64,000 nt of DNA from Candidatus Nomurabacteria bacterium (GTDB lineage Bacteria > Patescibacteriota > Minisyncoccia > Phycocordibacterales > UBA9973): positions 4,147 to 68,146 of the forward strand of contig CALRFQ010000001.1 in the NCBI GenBank assembly GCA_943356675.1, in the 5' to 3' direction. The position numbers and the translations under genes were made by a program. Positions 57,836 to 64,000 of this stretch are shown piece after piece (the first letter of the stretch is position 1; each line of letters opens with the position of its first letter). The notes beneath the pieces are model-generated. The model did not search any database. It was given only the letters and a program-made list of their open reading frames with translations, and was not told the DNA's origin.

Positions 57836-58985
57836 TCATAATAAATGGATCACAATTCCCGTCTGTAATCTTGCATACATCGAGAAATAACTGCCCACCA
57901 AGAGTAGTAACATTGAACTTCTTCTTTTCTGTACCGCTTCCTATCTGAATACCGTTTGCCACAACTTCTCGGAACCAAAGTGCAGTATCTATATCTGTAA
58001 TCAGAAATATCATAGAAGGCACTGCAATAGTCTTTGGCAGTAGTGCGATGGACTTTTCAAACATAACACTCCAAGACTTTTGCACTTGCTCTATAGTAGG
58101 GGCAATTTCATCTTTCGATTTATCATCTAGCATATTATTGGCATGAAGTGATATAAGCGACTTCGCTTGATCCACAGGCATACCAAACTCACGAAATGCG
58201 CGAACTATCCCATACTTTCCTATCGGGAATGAAATTGTGGATATAAGAACATCTCCAGATACTATGGCAATGTCTGTGAGCTCACCTCTTATGTCTATTA
58301 AGAAATATGCATCATTATCCTCGAAGCGCTCTCTCGCACCTGTATAAATAGATGTAAGGAATGTCGAAAACGATATCGGAGTATGATGGAACACCTTCAT
58401 CAAGCTATCCTTGATACGAGTAAGGCAAATCTCTGGGCTGATACTCACGAACAAATGAATATCTAGGGTTTTAGCCTTTTTACCAATTGGATCATCTGTC
58501 TTGTATCCATTTAGCCTACTTTGGAAGATTTTACTCTCTATGAGAATAGATTTCCCTTCTATGTCCTCATATTTCTTTTTATATATATCTACTAGGTTTT
58601 TGAGCTCATCAGAGACTAAATCGTCAATCATACCTTTTGTAATATAAAAAGGTTCAGGCTTCTCTATATGAAGTTCTCTAGTTTCTCCGATGAACCATGG
58701 TGAAGCAAGCACGCACATTATTTCCTCTGGTGCACCAAGCTTCGCATTGTATATCTCCGTCGCAGACTGATACAATGACTTCTGCATATCGACAAAAAAT
58801 GTTTCAAAATCGAGCTCATCTTGAAAAGCGATATCTACTCTTGATTGTGTAATTATAGTTGGAGACTTTTGAATGCCATCAATTTTTGGAAATATTTTTA
58901 CAAGTGCACCGCCTACGCTCCCAGAACCAATATCAAATATTGCAATAATTTTTTCTTTATTTTTATTTCCACCAAAAAATCCCAT
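57795..58985 (-). CDS. actin-like ATPase of the PilM/FtsA family
   Basis: 396 aa; phosphate-1 IAIFDIGSGSVGGALV and phosphate-2 FLIDIRGELTDIAIV motifs; no ftsZ/ftsQ nearby, so PilM is favoured. Confidence 0.55.
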   Translation of the reverse strand: MGFFGGNKNKEKIIAIFDIGSGSVGGALVKIFPKIDGIQKSPTIITQSRVDIAFQDELDFETFFVDMQKSLYQSATEIYNAKLGAPEEIMCVLASPWFIGETRELHIEKPEPFYITKGMIDDLVSDELKNLVDIYKKKYEDIEGKSILIESKIFQSRLNGYKTDDPIGKKAKTLDIHLFVSISPEICLTRIKDSLMKVFHHTPISFSTFLTSIYTGARERFEDNDAYFLIDIRGELTDIAIVSGDVLISTISFPIGKYGIVRAFREFGMPVDQAKSLISLHANNMLDDKSKDEIAPTIEQVQKSWSVMFEKSIALLPKTIAVPSMIFLITDIDTALWFREVVANGIQIGSGTEKKKFNVTTLGGQLFLDVCKITDGNCDPFIMIEAIAASRTNYEK

Positions 58986-58998
58986 ATAGTTTATTATA
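58983..58998 (-). promoter_or_regulatory. -10 box fused to the start (TATAAT-AAACTAT-ATG), leaderless PilM-like gene
   Basis: Minus-strand reading of 58998..58983. Confidence 0.4.
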
Positions 58999-59077
58999 CT
59001 ACAGACTAGGTTCTAGTAGCTAGTGACTAGGTTGCCTTTTTAAGAATTTTATTTTGTTTTTTCTAGAAACTAGAACC
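58997..59077. repeat. inverted repeat CTAGGTTCTAG ... CTAGAACCTAG-like arms flanking 55 bp, between alaS and the PilM-like gene
   Basis: ACTAGGTTCTAGTAGCTAGTGACTAGG ... CTAGAAACTAGAACCTAACTACTAGAAACTA; CTAG-rich. Confidence 0.5.
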
Positions 59078-59090
59078 TAACTACTAGAAA

Positions 59091-60836
59091 CTAATCCAAT
59101 ACTGCTTTAATACGGCGGATGCCAGCTGCTACTGCTTCTTCTTTTTGAATTTTGAAATACCCAAGTTCTTTTGTATTTGTGACGTGTGGTCCTCCGCAGA
59201 ATTCTTTTGAGAATTGATTGCCACTTTCGTCTTCGACGAAGTATACAGATACAGTTTCAGGATACTTTGCTCCGAATTCCATCTGTGCACCAATCTTCTC
59301 CGCCTCAGCAAGCGGCATTTCTCGGCGAATTACATTCAGTCCTGCACTTATCTTCTCATTTACGAGGTCTTCCACCTTCTTTTTCTCTTCATCTGTAAGT
59401 TTGTGGTCGCACATGAAGTCTATACGTAGTCTCTCTTCTGTAATATTACTTCCTCTTTGCTTAATATCAGGGCTCACAACTTTCTGCAGTGCTGCTAAAA
59501 GCAAATGATGTGCGGTATGCAAACGAATTGTCTTCTCATTGTGATTTGCAAGTCCACCTTTAAACATTCCCGCAGAAGAAGTTTGTGATAGTTTCTGGTG
59601 CTCCGCCATTTTCTGATTGAAATCTTCTAAATTAATTTCAATTCCTTTTTCCTTAGCAATTTCGAGTGTAAGTTCTATTGGAAAACCGTAAGTAGTAGCT
59701 AGAACAAATGGATCTGTACCTTTTTCGAATTCTTTGAGTCCATTTGTGAGTGTTTGTCGGAATTTAGACTCTTCATTTGCAATTTCTTTCTTAATTACTT
59801 CACTATTTGAAAGTAGTTCTGGGTATACATCCTTGTACTGCTCTATAATAATGTCGACAATTTGAGAAAGCGCTTCATTTTTGAAGCCCAAAGTATCTGC
59901 AAACCTTACTGCACGGCGAAGTAATCGGCGTAGGATATATCCGCGTCCTGTGTTTCCGGGAATTGCACCGTCTGCCATTATAAATACGCTTGTACGAATA
60001 TGATCAGCTACAATTCTTTTTGCTTTTGTATTATCTACTGTTGAGTGTTCGTTTATTTTAGAAATAATATTTGAAAATAGATCAGTATCAAAAATATTAT
60101 TTTTACCCTGAACTGCCATAACGACACGCTCAAGTCCTGAGCCAGTGTCTACGTTCTGTTGAGATAATTTTCCGACAACTTTCCCATCCTTTTTCACATA
60201 CTGCATGAAAACATCGTTCCAAATTTCTACAACTTTCTGAGACTCATCGGCTTTCATGTATTCTTCCTTTGTAAGGTCACCAAGCCCTTCTGTTGTGACA
60301 TCATAAAACATCTCAGTGTCTGGTCCGCATGGGCCATTATCTCCCACACTCCACCAGTTTGACTTCGCTCCCATGAAATAAATTCTATTCTCAGGAATAA
60401 ACTTTTTCCAAATCTCAAACGCTTCTGTATCCTTTGGAGAATTTTCGTCACCCTCAAACACAGTTACATAAAGTCTATTTGGATCAAGCCCAAGTCCTTC
60501 ATCTTTTGAAGTTAGAAATTCATAGCTCCATGCTATGGCCTCATCCTTGAAATAATCTCCTAGAGACCAGTTACCCATCATTTCGAAAAATGTGTCATGA
60601 GTATTGTCACCTACTTCATCTATATCTTGAGTGCGGACGCATTTCTGAACGTTTACAAGCTTAGTTCCTAGTGGATGCTTCTCGCCCATTAAATACGGCA
60701 CAAGAGGCTGCATACCAGCAGTGTTGAAAAGCACAGATGGATCGTTCTCTGGCACGAGTGATGCTGAAGGTATTATTTTGTGGCCGCGCTTCTCAAAAAA
60801 TGTTAGGAAGCGAGAGCGGATTTCATTTGATTGCAT
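59091..60836 (-). CDS. alaS: alanyl-tRNA synthetase, compact form (catalytic + tRNA-recognition + editing domains, no C-Ala domain)
   Basis: 581 aa; class II motifs, editing-site HTAHHLL and CGGPHV. Confidence 0.9.
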   Translation of the reverse strand: MQSNEIRSRFLTFFEKRGHKIIPSASLVPENDPSVLFNTAGMQPLVPYLMGEKHPLGTKLVNVQKCVRTQDIDEVGDNTHDTFFEMMGNWSLGDYFKDEAIAWSYEFLTSKDEGLGLDPNRLYVTVFEGDENSPKDTEAFEIWKKFIPENRIYFMGAKSNWWSVGDNGPCGPDTEMFYDVTTEGLGDLTKEEYMKADESQKVVEIWNDVFMQYVKKDGKVVGKLSQQNVDTGSGLERVVMAVQGKNNIFDTDLFSNIISKINEHSTVDNTKAKRIVADHIRTSVFIMADGAIPGNTGRGYILRRLLRRAVRFADTLGFKNEALSQIVDIIIEQYKDVYPELLSNSEVIKKEIANEESKFRQTLTNGLKEFEKGTDPFVLATTYGFPIELTLEIAKEKGIEINLEDFNQKMAEHQKLSQTSSAGMFKGGLANHNEKTIRLHTAHHLLLAALQKVVSPDIKQRGSNITEERLRIDFMCDHKLTDEEKKKVEDLVNEKISAGLNVIRREMPLAEAEKIGAQMEFGAKYPETVSVYFVEDESGNQFSKEFCGGPHVTNTKELGYFKIQKEEAVAAGIRRIKAVLD

Positions 60837-60851
60837 ATTTATACTATAGCA
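60834..60851 (-). promoter_or_regulatory. extended -10 fused to the alaS start (TGCTATAGT-ATAAAT-ATG), leaderless
   Basis: Minus-strand reading of 60851..60834. Confidence 0.45.
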
Positions 60852-60861
60852 AATAATGGCC

Positions 60862-60893
60862 TAAATTAAAATCACCCCAAGCTGGAGTGATTA
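60862..60893 (-). terminator. rho-independent terminator after the mgtC-family gene
   Basis: AATCACtCCA-GCT-TGGgGTGATTTTAATTT on minus strand. Confidence 0.5.
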
Positions 60894-60899
60894 TAATTA

Positions 60900-61391
60900 T
60901 TACTGACCAATGTCTTGAGAATTCTGAGGCATTTCTTTGAAGAATCTTGATTTACGTAGTTGCTCTTCAATGAACCAAAGCACGATAAATATGAAAAGAG
61001 TAAGGATTGTCGCAATAGTAGCTAGATTGTAAAGTCCGAAGCCAGATGCCATACCAATACCTGCCGAGACCCAAAGTCCTGTCGCTGTAGTAAGACCCAT
61101 AAGTTTATTCTCTTTAGTGAAAATAAGTCCCGTGCCGATGAACCCAACACCCACGATTATCTGAGATACAATCATAGTAGGATTGAGCCCTGGAAGTCCT
61201 ATATACATCTTCACAATCTCCTCTGACACAAGCACAAAAAGTGCTGAACCCATAGCTACGAGCGCATATGTGCGCATACCGGCTGTCTTGTGAGCCCAAA
61301 CGCGTTCTATACCGATAATCATTCCTAATATTAAAGCTACACCAAGATGAGTAAGGATATCTAAATTAATAGGGTTTAATAAATTTTGCAT
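60900..61391 (-). CDS. MgtC/SapB-family membrane protein
   Basis: 163 aa; ILGMIIGIERVWAHKTAGMRTYALVAMGSALF signature. Confidence 0.75.
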   Translation of the reverse strand: MQNLLNPINLDILTHLGVALILGMIIGIERVWAHKTAGMRTYALVAMGSALFVLVSEEIVKMYIGLPGLNPTMIVSQIIVGVGFIGTGLIFTKENKLMGLTTATGLWVSAGIGMASGFGLYNLATIATILTLFIFIVLWFIEEQLRKSRFFKEMPQNSQDIGQ

Positions 61392-61440
61392 ATTTATATA
61401 ATATCAAATTTTTAAACTATTTGTAATACTAGATGTTGAT

Positions 61441-61475
61441 AACGAAAAAGCACTACGGTCAGTAGTGCTTAACAA
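61441..61475 (-). terminator. rho-independent terminator after 61485..61895
   Basis: AAGCACTAC-TGACC-GTAGTGCTTTTTCGTT on minus strand. Confidence 0.55.
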
Positions 61476-61484
61476 ATGTGATTC

Positions 61485-61895
61485 TTAATGTGCAGAAGGT
61501 ATTTCTTTAGGTAATTCTGCAAGTACTTCAGGTGTGTAATGTTCAAATCTTTTCTTTAAATATTCAATCTCACTTTTAGTTACAGATTCATTAAAGAAGT
61601 TTTCAATAACATTAACAGCTCGAAATGAATTGTATTTGTGAGATACGTTTCTTTTTTCAAGAGGTAAATTATTCAGTATCCGCTTTTCGATTATGGATAC
61701 TACTTTCTGAAGGTCACCTCTATGAATAGTCATGTCGAGATGATGCTCCTCGTCGGTTCTTCTTATTGTTGATCTAATTCCTTCAAAATTTAGCGCATTT
61801 GCTACGTGAGGAAATTCAGTCTTTATATTATGTATGAATACAATAAGGTGTTGATAGGTTTTGTTCTGGTCTTCTTTAAAACTGTGATGGTGCAT
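61485..61895 (-). CDS. hypothetical protein
   Basis: 136-aa soluble ORF, no motif recognised. Confidence 0.4.
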   Translation of the reverse strand: MHHHSFKEDQNKTYQHLIVFIHNIKTEFPHVANALNFEGIRSTIRRTDEEHHLDMTIHRGDLQKVVSIIEKRILNNLPLEKRNVSHKYNSFRAVNVIENFFNESVTKSEIEYLKKRFEHYTPEVLAELPKEIPSAH

Positions 61896-61948
61896 ACGAA
61901 TATTTTTTTAATTTAAAATATTGTAGAACAAAAACTCAAAAAAGTCAA

Positions 61949-63139
61949 CTATTTTACCACACCACCACCCAAGCAAATATCTTTATCGTATAGAACCACT
62001 GATTGCCCGCTTGCAAGTGCACCATCTGGCTTTTCAAATTTAATTTTTATTTCGTTTCCATTAACTTCAAGAATTTCAACTTTAAGAATTTCGCCATGGT
62101 AGCGAACTTGTGCTAAATATTTTTGCCCAATTTTAATATTTCCACGAATAACGGCATTTGTAAGTGTGACAAATTCATTATTTTTTTTATTTAAATCTTT
62201 ATCATGTGACACAATAAGGGTATTGTTATTTATATCTTTGGCCACGATGTAGTAAGGTGTATCGTTTGGTGTGGTCTTTATGATAGTAAATCCATGTCTT
62301 TCACCAAGTGTGTATAAGAGGACTCCATCGTGAGTGCCTATCTCTTCCCCATCCTCTGTTACCACATTTCCACTGCGCACATTTATGTAATGCTTAAGGA
62401 AGTCCTTCATATCAAGTGGGCCGAGGAAGCACACACCTTGCGAATCTTTCTTTGTAGCTGTCGGTAGATTATATTTTTCTGCCAATTTCCGTACTTCACT
62501 TTTTTTCATATGACCAATAGGAAAAAGTGTATGGGAAAGATCTTCTTCTGTAAGTGTCCAGAGAAAATATGATTGATCTTTTGTAGTATCTTGTGAGCGG
62601 AAAAGAAAATAGTTTTTCGATGCCTCCGCAGGCGCGTAGCTTGGTGTCGTCAAGAGTACTTCTCTTGACGACGAAGCGCCGAGGACTAAGCGAGGACTCC
62701 GCAGGAGCGGCTGAGCGGGCTGAGAAGAATTATTTTCTTTTCCGCTCACAACAGCATAGTGCCCAGTGGCAATAAAATCTGCACCATGCTCTTTTGCAAA
62801 TTTCCAAAAGACACCAAATTTCACTTCGCGATTACACATTACATCAGGATTTGGAGTGCGTCCTTCTTTATATTCTCTTATCATATAATCCGCCACGCCA
62901 CGCTTGTATGCATCTTCTGCATCACACTCAAGGAATGGCACATCTAGTGCTGCACACACCCTCATAGCATCACGCCTTTCATCTTTCCAAGTGCATTCTA
63001 TAAAGTCTGGAGTCCAAGTACGAATAAACACACCGACTACATTGTAGCCAGCTTCTTTAAGAATCGCTAAAGAGACAGAGCTATCAACCCCACCCGAGAC
63101 TCCTACAAATACAGTTTTATTTATCACTTTTCTCTTCAC
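61949..63139 (-). CDS. mnmA: tRNA-specific 2-thiouridylase MnmA (contains in-frame GC-rich palindromic insertion)
   Basis: 396 aa; PP-loop SGGVDSS, catalytic Cys (CNREVKF, GVCFLG), DQSYFL motif. Confidence 0.85.
   Translation of the reverse strand: MKRKVINKTVFVGVSGGVDSSVSLAILKEAGYNVVGVFIRTWTPDFIECTWKDERRDAMRVCAALDVPFLECDAEDAYKRGVADYMIREYKEGRTPNPDVMCNREVKFGVFWKFAKEHGADFIATGHYAVVSGKENNSSQPAQPLLRSPRLVLGASSSREVLLTTPSYAPAEASKNYFLFRSQDTTKDQSYFLWTLTEEDLSHTLFPIGHMKKSEVRKLAEKYNLPTATKKDSQGVCFLGPLDMKDFLKHYINVRSGNVVTEDGEEIGTHDGVLLYTLGERHGFTIIKTTPNDTPYYIVAKDINNNTLIVSHDKDLNKKNNEFVTLTNAVIRGNIKIGQKYLAQVRYHGEILKVEILEVNGNEIKIKFEKPDGALASGQSVVLYDKDICLGGGVVK
62595..62747. repeat. 153-bp GC-rich palindromic element inserted in-frame in mnmA
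   Basis: 24-bp terminal IRs GAGCGGAAAAGAAAATAgTTtTTC / GAAgAAtTATTTTCTTTTCCGCTC. Internal perfect palindrome GTCGTCAAGAG-TACT-CTCTTGACGAC. About 60% GC against about 35% background. Both strands translate to SGKEN...SSR(E)VLL(L)TT...KNYFLFRSQ. Confidence 0.8.
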
Positions 63140-63175
63140 TCTCTAAAAATACATTAATTATGCTAATATGTCTAT

Positions 63176-63757
63176 ATGGGACGAGCTAATATACTATTTT
63201 CCATATTCCTATTCATTATCTTAATAATTGGCGCAAGAACAGTTCTTGCGCAAACTTATGATTCAAAATCATTTACAGGCACCTGGATACGAGTATCTAC
63301 CACTGGTTCCAAATTATATTTAATGAAAGATCAAAAAGTTGTTAGAACTTATCCTATTTCAATTTCTAAACACGGCATAGGTAACATTTCTGGCAGTAAT
63401 AAAACTCCACTTGGGTTACACGAGATTAAAAAGAAAATTGGTAGCAAATTACCAATCAATTCTATAATCAAGGGTGGTGTCTCAACTGGTAAGACTGCTA
63501 AAATTATAAGTGAACCGATATCAGTAAACACCGACTTAGTCACTACCAGAGTTATGTGGCTCTCAGGGCTTGAACCTGGAAAAAATAAAGGTGGAAAGGT
63601 AGATAGCTACAATCGCTTCATATACATTCACGGCACACCAGAAGAAGGCCTCATAGGCCAGCCAGCATCCCACGGTTGTATCCGAATGTACAACAAGGAT
63701 GTAATTGAACTCTTCAACCTCGTCTCTATAAATACAAAAGTTTTAATTGAAAAATAA
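63176..63757 (+). CDS. L,D-transpeptidase (YkuD domain) with signal peptide
   Basis: 193 aa; catalytic HGT...SHGCIRM motif. Confidence 0.75.
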   Translation: MGRANILFSIFLFIILIIGARTVLAQTYDSKSFTGTWIRVSTTGSKLYLMKDQKVVRTYPISISKHGIGNISGSNKTPLGLHEIKKKIGSKLPINSIIKGGVSTGKTAKIISEPISVNTDLVTTRVMWLSGLEPGKNKGGKVDSYNRFIYIHGTPEEGLIGQPASHGCIRMYNKDVIELFNLVSINTKVLIEK

Positions 63758-64000
63758 TTATTTTTTCTGCCACCTAGCGAAAATACCACAAGGAAGAATT
63801 CTGTTTGTTTCTGATTCTTCGATCCCTAGCTCGCCTATTTCTATAGAGCCTTTATGAGAGCCCATTACGTCTATTAAGCAGTTTTCGTAAGCAATTGGTG
63901 AGTATCCAGCTGTGTAGCCGTTTATGAGTACAAACAGTGGGTCGTCAGACAGGACTTCCTTACACAAATCCATTAGCTCTATGAAGTGCTCTTCAATTTT
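63758..64000 (-). CDS. hypothetical protein, partial (may continue past the window end)
   Basis: 71-aa ORF ending at 63758; the start cannot be fixed because of the window edge. Confidence 0.25.
   Translation of the reverse strand, partial: KIEEHFIELMDLCKEVLSDDPLFVLINGYTAGYSPIAYENCLIDVMGSHKGSIEIGELGIEESETNRILPCGIFARWQKK

Noticed and set aside
62593-62775. Plus-strand 60-aa ORF antisense to mnmA
   Set aside because: Its openness and its mirror-image peptide are a direct consequence of the palindromic insert. There is no independent start context or neighbouring gene logic.

Overview
This window is a low-GC (about 35%), gene-dense stretch of chromosome that is almost entirely housekeeping genes, mostly on the minus strand. 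Several features suggest a reduced Patescibacteria/CPR-like or similar streamlined bacterium, though this is an inference: a split transketolase, an archaeal-type AspRS, a compact AlaRS, a PilM-like gene, few Shine-Dalgarno sequences, and many leaderless genes. Recognisable blocks are: rsmI and trhO; a complete F-type ATP synthase operon (atpZ-like, B, E, F, H, A, G, D, C) with a tRNA-Ile(GAT) just upstream; prfA and rpmE; the pentose-phosphate genes rpiB, rpe and split tkt; a cell-wall set (M23 peptidase, MltB-like transglycosylase, murG, ftsW, mraY, L,D-transpeptidase); scpAB; aspS, trpS, gltX, cysS and alaS; dnaB and recR; a polyamine cluster (arginine-decarboxylase-like, deoxyhypusine-synthase-like, agmatinase); grpE-dnaK-dnaJ with a divergent PaaX-like regulator; and the rpsI/rplM, rplQ/rpoA/rpsD/rpsK/rpsM/rpmJ/infA operons. 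I found no rRNA, CRISPR array, transposase or phage genes. The unusual content is non-coding and structural. (1) A family of at least five intercistronic elements, about 105-145 bp, with ATCCCRTTAGA-type terminal inverted repeats; two copies share a 46-nt identical arm, and their arms abut or contain the stop and start codons of operon partners. (2) GC-rich palindromic segments inserted in-frame inside atpG and mnmA that encode nearly the same peptide on both strands, resembling Rickettsia palindromic elements. (3) A second small GC-rich CCTAGG hairpin repeat found right after two stop codons. (4) A recurrent leaderless layout (TGn)TATAAT-N6-7-ATG at eight or more genes. (5) A dnaK locus with no HrcA/CIRCE, but with a PaaX-family regulator and a CGATTC-N4-GAATCG palindrome in the shared promoter region.
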